NCBI RefSeq assembly: GCF_036321535.1
Contig: NC_087436.1
Location: 31,560,001 to 31,624,000, forward strand
Reading direction: 5' to 3'
Origin: Camelus dromedarius
Taxonomy: Eukaryota
DNA length: 64,000 nt
Shown here: positions 14,451-28,249 of the stretch, piece after piece
Position numbering within the stretch: the stretch's first letter is position 1
Layout of the letters: each line of letters starts with the position of its first letter
The notes under the pieces: generated by a model
What the model was told of the DNA's origin: nothing
Seen by the model: the letters and a program-made list of their open reading frames with translations, nothing else
Database searches by the model: none
Program-made: the position numbers and the translations under genes

Positions 14451-15091
14451 GGCAGTTTATTTTCTTCTTCATAATGAAGTCTTCAGGTAGGCAGTCGGAT
14501 ATGATCTGTTACTCTACTGTGCTGTTTGAAACCCAGACTCCTTTGTCTTGCTACTGAGCTATCCCTGGGTTGTCTCTTTATTAACACAGTGGAGCTACTT
14601 ATGTTACCTCAGGTATTAATTCTACAATTCAGGAAAAAGGAAGAGGAAGAGTAAAGGACAAAATGTATATGGCAACTGAGTCTTTCATCTGTAAGGCATC
14701 TCTAACACTGTATACTTACATCTCACTGACCTGAACTGTTTTATAGTGTCATTTCTATCTACAGAGGAATTTGGGAAAATTTAGTTTTTGAGCAGAGCCC
14801 CTAAACATTCAAGTTATGTAAAAGAGCTAGCAAAGAAGAGGAGAAAGTATATCATTGTGTAGGAAATTAGGTATCTGTAATAAAGGTTCTTCTTCTCCAA
14901 GATCACTTATCTGTGAGTTAAGAATTCTGGTGAAGGACCAGGTTTGGTGGAGAAGTTCATAGATAATCTACTAGATGGCTTCAAACTATGAATTATAACA
15001 CAAAATTTGAAAATTATAGACCAGGAGTGTTTGATGTTTATAAAGTAGAATGATATTTCAGACATCTTGTTTAATAGGATTAAGAAAATGA

Positions 15092-15268
15092 CCAGGGAAA
15101 GGGGGTGGGAAGAAATAAATTTGGGAATTTGAGACATATAAATGTTAGCCACTATAAACATAAATAGATTTTAAATAAGTTTCTTCTGTACAGCACAGGG
15201 AAGTATGTTCAATATCTTATAATAACCTTTAACAAAAAAGAAATATGAAAACAAACAAAAAAGAAAAA
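15092..15268 (+). mobile_element. LINE-1 3' terminal fragment
   Basis: GGGGGTGGGAAGAAATAAATTTGGGAATTTGAG...CTGTACAGCACAGGGAA...A-rich tail. Confidence 0.75.
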
Positions 15269-15914
15269 GTCATTTATTTGTAAGTGAAAGCAGAATCTGA
15301 TGCCTGAATTCAAGACTATGTTATTCCATTTCTTTCTACAGAAAAAAAGTAGTCATAAGACAGGAAAAACAGCTGATTAAATAGCACGTGTATCATAATA
15401 ATTCCTGAACAGATGGATTTCCTATTCAACTAAAATATGTCATTTTTCTCCTCATTTCAAGAATGGACATAAGATTCTGAGTAACAAATTATTACATGTT
15501 ATGATGGAGTTCAAAAATGTGCAAATAAGATGTTCAGTTTCAAACTGGCTGAAGTTTAGGGAAATGGGAAGAGAAATAATGATTTTGGTTGACAGAGACA
15601 GGGATATTTGGGGTAATGGTGATGCAAGGCAGATGGTAGAACCTGTTGACATGATGACTCCTGGACTAAGTGACTCCAAGAAACAGTTTCACTTTATAGT
15701 TAAAATCATCTATGAACTTTCTATTTTCTTGTTAATTTATACACAATTTGCCAGAGAGATACTATGATTTCATTGACTTCTATGAAAATCTTTGTTGTTG
15801 AAATGTGTTCACAGTTTCTTCAAAGAGATTGTACTTATTACTCATTTACCTTAAAAGGTATAGGACGAAATGACTGATACGGTCACCTACTATACTCCTA
15901 TACCTCAGGTTTCT

Positions 15915-16002
15915 CTATAGCCATAGTTCTGATTCTGGCTGTTTCCACTCTTCTCCAAGCAGTGTGTTAAAACTGAAAGGCTTGAAGTACTCCAGACGAT
16001 GA
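15915..16002 (-). CDS. C4orf33: C4orf33 (UPF0462) last coding exon: (F)[28 protein letters not shown]
   Basis: Acceptor CTTTTTCTTTGCATTTAG; 88 nt; phase matches the previous exon; resembles the recalled human C-terminus; TAG at 15917-15915. Confidence 0.93.
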
Positions 16003-17902
16003 CTAAATGCAAAGAAAAAGAAGGTGGGAATTTAAATGAACTATGCATTTGTGAAAAAACTGCCCCGAAGGGCTATATATTTTGTCACATCTGCGATAGG
16101 ACAACATTCTACTTTAAGAATATCGAAGGTAAGATGTATCCTATGTGTACAATTTTCTCATTCTAGTAATCAAACATTCAGCTCTGAAAATATTCACCCA
16201 TATCTCAAAGCACTCTCCTTTCAATTCTACAAATAGCTAGCTCCCTCACAGCTAAAGGGAGAAATAAAAATCAGCCCTCAAACCTGACTCATCCCATCTA
16301 GCCTTAAAGGAATCATATTATGCTCTTATAGATGTTTTCATAGTCAGACTTTGATGTAACTTATATCAATTACATAAACAATTGTTTTTAAAAGTTTCAA
16401 CTCAACAGATTAAAGGATAGACTCCTTTACCAAAGCAAGGTAGGTTTATGTAAAACAGTATTAATTCTATTTCTTTTCCTTCCAGGAAAAACCATTTAAT
16501 GATTAGGAAGCTTTCCACTGTGGCTTAATGAGGAGAGAAAGGCTTTGCTAATACGCTGCAGTAGAACTCAGCTCTGTAGGAAATCACTCCGCCCTGGCTC
16601 TGCCCTAGCCAATGGCATAATTATACTTTTATCTAGAGTAAGACTCCAGTAATGTATAAAAAAGAAGCTTGAATACAGGAAAGTATTAGTTTGCGAAGAG
16701 GCAGAGAAACAAACCATCTTGATATGAAAGCCCTGAATGAGTTGCATCTAGAGTCCTGTCCCACTCTGCCCACCTGACCAGGCTGAACCAGTTTTAGAGT
16801 CACAAGTGTCAATCCAGATTAAGCGGTCAAGGAAACAACAGCAAAGGATAAGAGAAAGGAAGGGAGAAAGAGGGCCAGGACTGGGGAGAAAAGCAAGGGG
16901 AAAAGGGAAAAATGTGTCAGGCAGAATAAACAGGTAAGAATAGATAAAAAGCAAAGTAGAGCAAAGTAAGGGCATACAGGAAGGACAAGGGAGAATAAGG
17001 ACAGTGCAGTACTTTCCAAGGGTAAAAAGGCAGGAAAGTTAGTCTACCATGCTGCAAAGCCCACTGGGATGTCTCTGGTAGGCTTTTCTAAGCATGCAGA
17101 CTCACCAGACTATCTTGGCCACTTGACTACAATGCTATACAGCAGGAGTCTCAGGTTGCCCCAGGACAGAATCTGGCTTTCCTCCCTAAGGGGGAAGTGT
17201 TTGCAGCAGTCCATGTAGCATTCATAAGGCTGTCTGGGAACTACATTCTTCATAAGTGACTGCTTCAGGTGCAAAGAGATCAGACTCAAAATGGGAAAGT
17301 GTGGGAGATACCTTGGCTTACATGCCTGCTGCCCCACAGGAAATAGTATATTTTGTAATAACTCTCTAGACATAGCTTCCAGGGTCCCCACAGGGAACAT
17401 AACTATTAAAGGGAAACCAGAAGCCATGCTATCCCCATCTATGTTGCCTAGAAATACAGTTGACATTTTTATCCTTATGAGGTTACAGGAGAAAAGAATT
17501 AGAGAGTTAACTTAAGGTCAGAGTCAAGCAGCAGGGGAAAGGATTTATTAACCCTTTGCTCACATCAGGAAACACAGATGCCTCTGGCCATTAAGCTCTG
17601 AAAGGAACCATAAATGAATTGGCAGCCATACTTTTATACCAGCTGTTGCAGTACTCATTAAGCAAGACTTTTCTTACATTGCTATGGAAATATAAGTGCT
17701 TTACTGACAGTAGTGAGAGAGACTATGTTTGTCCAAAGTCAGTCTATCAAATACTTACTCAAGATCATTGGGAAACAAAGCACTCTACTCAGTGCTTTTA
17801 CACATGTATTCTTCGATCAAAAAATGTTACTACTACTCTACGAAGAATTAATTTCAAAAAACTCTTATAGTCGGGACATATTTTCATTTATTTTCTACTT
17901 AC

Positions 17903-18102
17903 AAATCAGGTTTTTGTCCTTGCTGCAGTTCATGCTGAGGTACAGGGTAAAGAGCTTCATAGTTTCTTTTGTCTTTTGATCCATGAATTGCAAATGAATT
18001 GAATTTTGTCACATTTGGTGGAAAATAACTCCAAGGAAGATAAGCTTTACCTTCCCATTTTGTCTCTCCTCTGGACACTTTGAATGATAGATCAAGTTCT
18101 TG
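17903..18102 (-). CDS. C4orf33: C4orf33 coding exon 4: [66 protein letters not shown](F)
   Basis: 200 nt, AG/GTAAGT boundaries, open frame, strong match to the recalled human protein. Confidence 0.95.
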
Positions 18103-18217
18103 CTACAGAAACAACATGTGACACACAAAATGGAAATTCATATTTATACTTTAAACATTTAAAATATGCATATATACAAGATACATGGAATTTTGTCTCA
18201 TATTTTTATTTACTTAC

Positions 18218-18269
18218 TTTCCACACATTTCTTCTACCAGAGAGTAAAAGCACCAAATGCTGTCCGTGG
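18218..18269 (-). CDS. C4orf33: C4orf33 coding exon 3: (P)HGQHLVLLLSGRRNVWK
   Basis: 52 nt, GACAG acceptor, GTAAGT donor, phase consistent. Confidence 0.95.
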
Positions 18270-20640
18270 CTGTCAAAATTAAAATTCCTCATGAGTGTTT
18301 GAAAGAAAGAAACATTATTTTTTGGACTATTTATCATATCTGTGATGTGTGTGCTTATAACTAAATTTTCAAATAATTAAAAGATGCAATATAAATACTG
18401 GATAATTATAGGGAGAGCCAGTGTGTTCAGTTACTTAGAAATGGCATCTTTGATTTTACCACTTTTCAAGCAATTGCAGTCAAATGCATAAAACTATACA
18501 TGTTCAGACTGCTTTTCATATTCTTTAAATAAGAAATTATATAAAATACTTCAATTGGTTAGATGATGCAAAGTATGAAAAGAGGGCAGAGGTATACCAC
18601 GGTATCTGGAGTTCATAATAAACCTGTTTTGAAACTTAAAGTATCCCAAAGGAAGCTGGCACCAATTTCCAGGTCAAAATCCAACAACTTTACTAAAGGT
18701 TATTCTGTAAGAAAACTGTCTTGAAGATCATTAGGAAGATATAAAATAAAAATATAGATTGTCTAAAACTACTCAGCAGGCTGAAGACTTTAATTTGTAT
18801 CTATTCTCATACACAACTGTTCTGGACCTGTCTGCCTCTTGTGTTTTCCTGCTTTCTCCCATCAGTTCTGACACTGATGTCACACTTTCAAAAAGAAGCA
18901 CAATACACCCTCAAAAGAAAGCTCTAATAAGAGCACATAATTGGGATTAGACAGGTCAGTAAGAATCAAAGAATTTCAAATAGTTACATGAAGCAAATTT
19001 ACTGTCTGTGGAAAAGACTGCATCTAAACATTCTGACACAGATGGTCTGTTGGGAGCTTCTCAGGAAGGATTTCCTTCAAGAAACTAGTCTAACAGAAGA
19101 CAAGTATTCCTTTCCATTTAAAAGTCCTCTGCTTATTTTTATCGTTATGACACAACTTTAAGAATATCCTGAGGAATAAAATTTCTTGCAAATTCAAATA
19201 AGAATACTCTTCATATTGCTTTCCTAGAGGTTAATTGTCACAGGAGTTGACTGCCTAAAGCACAAACATGATTCCTGATTATTAACTGTCCTAATCTATC
19301 TAAAACCAAACAACTCTAGGGATTTCTTTTAACTTTTAACTTTATTAATTTTATGCATAGTGATTATCGTATAATTTCTAAACAAAAGAGAATCTAATTA
19401 TCCTATGTATCCTGTGATAAGTCATCACTTTATGAAAGTCAACTGATATTATCATCCAACAAAATTTAAACTAAGGATGTAACTTTATAATTCTAGTAGA
19501 TCCAAGTTCTTATCTATCTTTTGGACAAGTTATAAACCTATTTGCCTTAGCTTTCTCATGTCTATGGTGAAATTTTCTTATCTCATATGATAGTTTATAA
19601 GAATTAATCATACTTTTAATAAGATTTTGGCATGTTAGTTGAAAGGTAACACACAAAGATACAAAATTACTCTTCTGAAAAATATAATTATGAACAGCTG
19701 TATTTTCCACAAAAGCATTAGCAAGAAATCGAAACAATGGAAAAGAAAACGATATCTAAAATCTCATTTAAATCAGTTGTTTGGGACTCTGCTCACTCTA
19801 CAAAAGGACAAAGGTTACTAGATAATAGATACTGAGAAGTATTCAAATGTCATTAAAAAATAAATAATGGCAATATAAAAAATATATCACTACTAGGTAT
19901 TAACTTAAAATTTCTTATAATTTAGATAATACGTGGGCATAAATTTACTTTTTGCCATCTACAGAAAAAAATTGCCTACCAGATAGAATTCTCAAAGACT
20001 GATTAAATTTGAACAGAGACAGCCCAAGGTTAACATTTCTATTGAGTCTAGGAAAAGCCACATGTGATTTAGTTTTTATCCCTGGCACTGAACAAAAAGT
20101 GATACAGTATATACTCAATAAATGAATAAAGAATAAAGGAAGGAATACATGAATATGTAATTATGTAATATATAAAATTAAAGTTTAATCTAGCCATTAA
20201 ACGAATCCCCTAAAAGAAACATTTTCATAAACTGGTTCAATTGTTATATCTATATGCCTCTCTTTGTTTCTAAGTAGCTAATATTTAATAATGCAAAGTT
20301 ACAGAATAAATAATGAGAGGGATTCTGGGATTTTTTTTATAGAGTTTCTGTCTTGAAATAATTTTTTTCATTTTGCAAAAAGAATCCTTCAAAGTTATTA
20401 GAAAATCAACTACACTAGTGAATTAAAAATAGTATCAGTACACTTCCAAAAATTTACATACTCTAAGTTGTACATTTACTTGAAAATAAGGAATTACATA
20501 TAATTCAGATTAATTCAGATTAGCATTCCCCACAGTTGGCTGGAATTAGTGAGATTTTACTATAAACATATGATATATAACTAGAAAATAATGTGTTCAA
20601 AACACATAGTAATGAGTTAGAAAAAATATTTTATACTTAC

Positions 20641-20701
20641 GGACAAAGTTCAACTTCTAAATACTGTTCAGTTATGTCGTTCAAGAAAAATGCTTCCACA
20701 A
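20641..20701 (-). CDS. C4orf33: C4orf33 coding exon 2: (V)VEAFFLNDITEQYLEVELC(P)
   Basis: 61 nt, TTTTCAAAAG acceptor, GTAAGT donor, phase consistent. Confidence 0.95.
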
Positions 20702-23095
20702 CTTTTGAAAACAGAGATATGACATGTTAAGAAATTCACTTTTGTTTCATAATAATTTGTTTATATCTTTAGAATATAAAATAAATTAACTCATTTTTAA
20801 TTAAAGCTATATCACCAATAGGAAAAGGGGAAAAGAAAATAAATAGACATCACCTGGAAGAAGAAATATATAGAAAATAAATCATCAATTTTTTCCCATA
20901 TCAGATTTCTAGAAAATAAAAATATTAATAAAGCTTAGTGCTGGTGAGTTTATAAAAAAATGAATATTATCACACAGACTCTGAGCCAGTTATATTCTTG
21001 TAGGAATTTATCCTAAGGAAATAATCAGACAATTGGAAAAAGTAGTAAGTAAGATGCAACTTATCAAATTATTGCTCAAAAGGAAATGGTCTAAATGTTT
21101 ATCTCCTGTTATATAAATAAATCTCCTATTATATAGGAGAGTTGTTAAATACATATGGAACTTGTATATTCCCTGCAGTAGAATATAATGCAGTCATTAA
21201 AATGAAATATAGAGTTAAATATTTTTGATATAGGAAGACATTCATGGTATCTGATAAGTAGGCTGCAGAGCAATAACCAAATGAACATGAAATAAAAATG
21301 TCTGTGAGCCCGTGCCTAGATGGCTGCAAAATGTGCACAAAAATGTTATGACTGGTTGTCTCTGACAGGTGGAATACAAGTAGGTGATTTTTCTTTTCTT
21401 TATAATTTTCTGGAATTTTCCAAGCAAGTTTATTTTAAAAACTGTGTTATTATGAAAGTAAAACATACTTTTTATAAATTATTAAAACAATACAAACATA
21501 TATGAAGTAAAAAGTCAAAATCCTTTCCTTCCTACTTTGCTCTAAACTCTGTCAGACTTCTATCCATCCACAATCTATTTTACCTACATAGATTAAAAAA
21601 TACATAATCATTTCCTGTCTACAACTTGCTTTTCCCACACTCACATGCTTTACAGCATATAGCTACCTCTTTTTAATTACTGCATAGTATTCTTCTGTAG
21701 AATGCTATGACTTATTCACAAAATTCTTTATTGATAGACATTTAGGTAGTTTCTAGTTTTCCATGTGTTATTTTTATAACAATAAAATATCTAAGATACA
21801 GATATAGTCCCATCAACAATTCAGAGAGTCTTATTGCCCCTTTTTAAGTCTTTTCCTGTGGAAAGGATGGTAGGATGAAGAAGAGATACTGAATTAGAAA
21901 AACAATCAGGAGGTGAAACTGGCAAGATTTAATAAATAAACCCAAATATGGAGAGTGAGAGAGAAGATAACTTGGAAAGACCTCACATTTCTATATTTGG
22001 TGATTTGATGTATTACGGTGTCATTGATTGAAACTGGGCAATTAGGGAAAGAAGCAGGTTTATGAGAGAAGTGGACGAGCTGAGTTTACGACTTGCTGAG
22101 TTTGTTGTCTGTAGTACCTCCAGCAGGTAAGTCACATTGGTGTGTACACCAACAGGAAGCTGGTATATACAAGTTCTGTATCAATACAAGACAACCTTCA
22201 TTTAATGTATGATAAATGAACACTGACAAAATGCATGCTATACAGATGGTATAGAGAAAGCAGATGTTAGTATGGACTAGAAGAGTCATCAAAGGTTTCT
22301 CTGAAGAAATGAAACCTGAATTAGACCTTGAACTATGTGCAGTAGAGGCAGGGGGACTAGAATGAGGAAAGGGATATGAGTGAGAACATGCATGAACAGT
22401 GAGACTTTCAGCCTTTCAGAGGTCAAGAACTTTTGATTGAATATGATAGCTCAATTCATGAGTACCTTGAAAGCTTATGGGAATGGTTTGAACTTCATCT
22501 TAGGGATAGTAATGATTTGTAATTTAGGGAATGGCATCATAAAGAGTATTTCAGAAAGATAAGCCTGGTAGCTTAATTAGGATACATTATAAGGTGATCA
22601 TATAGCAAACCTGAAACTGTAATTTCATGACATGTCTTTTAGTCTTCACTTGATATGTGAGAGCACTAGGTAAGTACAAAATAAAAACTACATTTCATGT
22701 TGAAGTTGATGGGTCTCTATAATAAGTAAAACACCCCAAAACTTCCATAAAGAAGGTTTATAAGGTTAAAGCAGCAATTTGAAGACACTTTAAAACAAAG
22801 CAGGAATGCTGAACTCTTCTTACAATAGGTAACAGAAGTAAAGGAAGGAATTATAGCAGCAATTTAAAAATCTGGATTTGTAATTGCCATTTTTCACTGT
22901 TCTTGTTATATAGTTGAAGTCACATAGGTAATTGTGAAAAAGTCAGAATGAGAGATTGGTAGGAAATTATCAGAAACTGCACATGTCAGTTGCTCAGAAG
23001 CACTCACTTCCTTATAGCAAGATAAAATAATAGTTGTATGAGAGGTTATTATAAAAAGATTTATGTTTGCAATAAAATGCAGTACTTCCACTTAC

Positions 23096-23276
23096 CTTCA
23101 TAATCCCACAGTTCATTGAAAGGCTTTCCTGGTTCTCCTAGTGGGGCTGGAGGATCATTGAAAAATGGAGCACTAATTTCCATCATCACTCCTCCATCAC
23201 CCGGATTCACCCTGACAAACACTGGCTCATGCTTCACTGGAAACTCATCCCAAGTGTGTTCAATTTTAAAATCCAT
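23096..23276 (-). CDS. C4orf33: C4orf33 first coding exon: [60 protein letters not shown] (exon begins at 23285 with 9 nt of 5'UTR)
   Basis: ORF track 23061..23276; acceptor TCTTTTTCCCTTTAG adjoining 23285; donor GAAG|GTAAGT at 23095; spliced CDS totals 582 nt = 193 aa + stop. Confidence 0.96.
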
Positions 23277-26200
23277 CCGAAGACTCTAAAGGGAAAAAGA
23301 ATGAAAACAAACTCTTTAACAATTTACAAATGTTTCCTTTAGATGAAATAAAATGAAAAGTTCAAAGCCACATAGCAGGTAGGAAGGCAGCAGAGTGAAA
23401 AGAACACAGTTCTGAGAGTCAAAAGATCATTTGTGCTATGGCAAATCACAGACATGGAATTCAATTACAAAATAGGTGGTTGTATCCTAAAAGCTTTAAG
23501 TCTAGATCTAGCTCATGTTACCTTGTAAAGACTATATCAAAATCATTTTTAAGAACTGTAATTAAATCTACTGCAAGTTGTTCATGTACTTAACTATAAG
23601 CACTATGAGTTTATATGTCATGCTTTGTCATGCAGATGAATTACTGGATCTCATGGGAGTCAATATCTTTACAATAAAATTCAATTTGATTTTTAAAAAT
23701 CTCAATAAATGAGTACAAGCATTGCAGTTAACACTTGTTCTTTCGGCTTAAACTCTTCTCTTCTTAAGCTAGGAGTGGAAGGGGACTTCAATCATTTGAA
23801 GGTAAGCAGAGTTTAATATTGTCTTTCTTGATCTCGGGGTATAGATTTTCTTAGCCTTTTCAATTTATGTTATTTCAAGTGCTAAATGACCATTTGCTTT
23901 GTTACTTCCTTCTCTCCACTGAAACATGGGGAAAAATCTGCTATCATTTAAACTATGAAATAGACTAAGTTCATTTGACACAAACAGTATTTGCATTTTA
24001 ATTATTTCTCTAAGGATTAAAGGGGAGGACATAGTATTATATTAATAAAATTATGTTTTGCTGAACACTATGGATCAGGTGTTTTATAAACATCATCTCA
24101 TTTAATTTCACAAAAACTTGTAGAGGAAGTATTATTATCTTCATTACAAATGAAGAAACAGACTTGTCCAAGGTCAGATGGCTAGTAAATCAAGAAATCG
24201 AATCAATGTCAGCCATGCCTTCCTAGACGAAGACATTTCAGGAATCTGCAAAGAGATGAAAACCTTATTTCAGGAGAGGTGGATCCCCCCAAATTATACT
24301 AGGTCCTTATGTCTTGTCCAAAAGATAACCTTGATTAGTAAATGATGATATTTCCAGGCTGTAATTTTTCTTATCTGAAGTCTCTGGATGCATTTCCTTG
24401 CTTCATTTGTTATTTTTACTGCAAGTAACCAAGTTCTACATTTTGAAGAAATTTCTCTCTTTAAAAATTATTTTTAGATTTACTGAGGTATAATTGACAA
24501 ATTTATATATTTAAGGTGAACAGTGTGATGGTTTCATATAAATATACTTAAATACATTTATTTCAGTGAGTATATTTTGAGTACTTTACAATGTGTCAAG
24601 CACTTGGAGAACCAAATATACAAGCTCTGGGTCACATAAAGAATCCAAGATCTCTGAAAACCTTTTTCTAAAGTATGTAACTTTTTTCAATTTTCACTAT
24701 GTGCTAACAAATTTTAATAGATAACCTCTAAAATTAAAAAATAGTTCTGGTATTACAACCCATCTGCAAATAAAAGCATATTAAAAGAGGATAGGTTAAG
24801 CAATTTATATTCTTCATCATTGAAATAAGCTCAATGAACAATAAGACTGTATATAGATTCTGATTTATGTGAAATTAAGTCCGGACTTGCATGGAATAGA
24901 ATACCTTAGTAAAAAACTTATTTTCTTTAGTTGAAATATCAAGGTACATTCTTCAAAAATAAATATATTACCTTCTACCCCAAATTCTGGTACTAGTAAG
25001 TAAGTACCCTCTTGCAGCATATAGGAAGAAATAAGAATAAATTAAGTTATTAGAAATGATGATTTAATCTGATTCTGACACCAATATGCTGAGAGAATAT
25101 GCTACTCTCCTAACTTAGAGCTTGAGAATTCTTGACAGTCCTGGCAAAACATAGCTCAGCAACTAGGGAGTTTTGGTAGAGACATTCATTCTCCACATAA
25201 CCAACATATCCACAGAAAATGCTGCACACGTTAAAAGGATCCTTATCCTACTCAGTAGGTTTCTACCAGGGAATTTTCAACTCCCAGCTCTCTTAGGCAA
25301 TCATCTCTACGCCTAAATGGAATTACATCATATCCAGTGATGTGGTCCTAAACATGGTCTGTCACTTTCATGCACATATAATAGGTCTCACGGCCAGAGT
25401 GAGGTTTCAAATTACTTCAAAATGCAATCCTAACTGGAAGATAAGAAGAAATAAACGATAAAAGCAGAGCTACCCTTGTTGACAGTATAAGGTAGTGGTT
25501 TCTACTGGTTAATTCTGCCTTTTCCTCTAAGCGTTGTTTGGAAATTATTGCAAGAAATATTGACTAGACTTCCACTAGTGGGAAGGAGTGCCACAGCTGA
25601 CGTGTCCAAGTGTAGGATATAATTTTGGCTTTAACTGTACAAAATGACTTTAGATTCTTATCACAACAAATTTGTTCATTTGCTTAAAGAATATTCATGC
25701 TAATCTAAATGTGCATAATATTTATTTTAAAAAATCAACCTAAAAATTATAGTCCTGCCCACTAGTTTATGATCTAATTTAAAGATAACATGGACCCAGA
25801 GACAACTGATTCACCTTTCAACTCCCTGGGGACCCTTGGATTAGGATTGTATAGGTTTAACCTGCATCACCTTTCAATTTTCATTGTTTGCACATGTGCT
25901 CTTACGAAGTACAGACAATTCAACCACCAGCATCCTTCACGACCTGGGCTAGTGTGCATCCGTGCAGCATTCCAATCCCTATCACTCTATATTGCCCATA
26001 CACTGCTCTGTTTTGATTCACAACACTTATACTGCATGTCATGTTGTTTATTGTCTCCCCATTCCCAGCTAGAATGCCTGTAAGTAATAGGAATAACAAA
26101 GTATTTATTTGTTGAGTGAAAAACTGTTCTAGTCTCTGGATCCAAAATTTCATGATTCTGAGATTTTATGCAGGAGAAATCAACTGTGTTAGTGATATTA

Positions 26201-26399
26201 CCTCTTTCAACACCATCAAAACAATGGCAAATACCTAAGATGATACATCTAGAAAGTTCCTTCCAAATTAGTTTTCTACTCATTTTGTTGCAGGCACCAT
26301 ACAAGGTGCTGGAGAAATAAAGTATGAGAAAGTCTGTGGGGACTGGGGATCATTTTCATGTAAGTAATCAACAGGTCTCATGTTGATGCATTATCGTTT

Positions 26400-27600
26400 G
26401 GTTCATTTTGCAGCCTGATTTAATAAAGTTGGATCCCTATACCAAACTAAGTTTCAAACCAATCAAAAATCTAAACATAAAAATCACACCATATAAAAAC
26501 AAGAAAGAAAAAAGAAGGGAGGCTGTTTTTAAAAGATGATCTTATAGTAGAAAAATCCTTTTTAAAATATAACCCCAAACCCAGAAGCCATTAGAGACTG
26601 ATACATTTAGCTATACAGAAATTTTAAAAATAAAAGCAAAATCTGACTTCCTCCACCAAAAAACCCCACCATTATGAAATCAAAGATAGTCTGGGAAAAA
26701 AAAAAAACACCTGTAACTCACAGTTCCAACATATAACTAATTTCTTTAATGTTTAAAGGTTTCCTAGAAATCACTAAGGAAAAGATTACCCCAACAGAAA
26801 AGTGGATAAAGATATGAACAGCCAGTTCACAGAAAGGCAGGCCTCATTTATAATGATAGAAATGCAAACTAAAACAACAATAAATTATTATCTTTCACTA
26901 AGATTGTAAAGGAATAGAAAGTTTGGTAAGATGCTGTGATAATGAGGACACAGAAACAATCACATACTGCTGTTGGGGCATAACTATCACAGTCTCTGTC
27001 AAGAGCAACCCCTGAATATCTATCAAAATAAAAAACGCAAATAACCTTTGACTCAACAAGTCTAGTTCTAGGAGTTATACCTGCAGATATTCAAAATGAT
27101 ACAAGTATAAAGATATTTACTGTAACACTGTTTAGAATAACGAAACATTGTAAGCAACTTAAAAACCATCAGTAGCAAGGGGGAGAGGGCAGAGCTCAGT
27201 GGTAGAGCATGCTTAGCATGCACAAGGTCCTGGGTTCAATCCTCCATTAAAAAACTACCTCCATTAAAATAAATAAATAAATAAACCTAATAATCTACCC
27301 CCACCAAAACCCATCAGTAGAGGACTGGTAAATAAATTATGCTGTATCATACAGTAAAACACCACATAGCTGTTAAAAATAGTGAGGCAACTCTACATAC
27401 ACATCTAAAACGCATTAAGGAAAAAAAACAAGGTGCAAAAAGTGTGCATTTATTTAATAGAAAGGAAGGCTATTTGTATACATGCTTTTGAATGCATATA
27501 CTATCTCAAGAAGCATATACAAGGAACCAGTGTAGCAGCGATTGCCTCTTTGTAGAGAATTATCTGAGACAGGAGAGGAAGCAAAATTTACTTTCAAGTG
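26400..27600 (+). mobile_element. Old LINE-1 (L1M/L1ME-like) ORF2 end and 3' region
   Basis: Degenerate L1 motifs (GATATGAACAGCCAGTTCACAGAA; GAAATGCAAACTAAAACAAC; CCATCAGTAGAGGACTGGTAAATAAATTATG). Confidence 0.65.
27179..27308 (+). mobile_element. tRNA-derived SINE (camelid-type) nested in old L1
   Basis: AGCTCAGTGGTAGAGCATGCTTAGCATGCACAAGGTCCTGGGTTCAATCC; TSD CCATCAGTAG on both sides. Confidence 0.9.
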
Positions 27601-28249
27601 TCTCACTTTTTTCTTAACCTACTTGAATTTTATACTACGATAGGCACGCATTACTATTAAAAAATAAATGAATAATTTAAAATATTTTTTAAAGTCCAAT
27701 TTACGGCTGAGTTTCTCAGAGTATGGTGGCTTCCTTTTCTCTCTCTTACATTATGTATGCTGAACATTTCTAAAAAGTCTGAATGAACAGCAGGCATATT
27801 ACTGAAGGAATATATTCATTCAAGGTGATGACCCTCCTATTTTTATACAATTTTAATGTTGGCCTTTTAGACGTCCTTAAAAAGAATGTTTATTGTTAAT
27901 CTGTATTTTTCCACATTTTAACCTCTATTCAAATTACGCTTTCATCAAAAAAAGTGAAAAATAATTTTTAAATTATTTTCATGCTTTACATGTACTATGG
28001 ACAGACCTTTAAAAGCAAATCAAGGAAGAGAAAGGAGATAGAACCTCAGAGCATTAAGCGCCTGGAGAGGAAAAAAAATTCCACAAAGCTAAAGAAGTTA
28101 AAGGTAAAGAATGAAGTTGTGGAAAAGGTGCTTTCTCAACAGAACAGTCTGTGAGGAGAATTTCCAAATTCTTTCCAATTTCCAAATTCTTTTCATGAAT
28201 TTTTTTTTTTTAAGTTTTCCACAATAACTATCTCTTCAGTTTGAAGCCT

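Noticed and set aside
15915..23276. C4orf33 as a pseudogene
   Set aside because: The frameshift affects only the last 6 codons; all other exons are intact.
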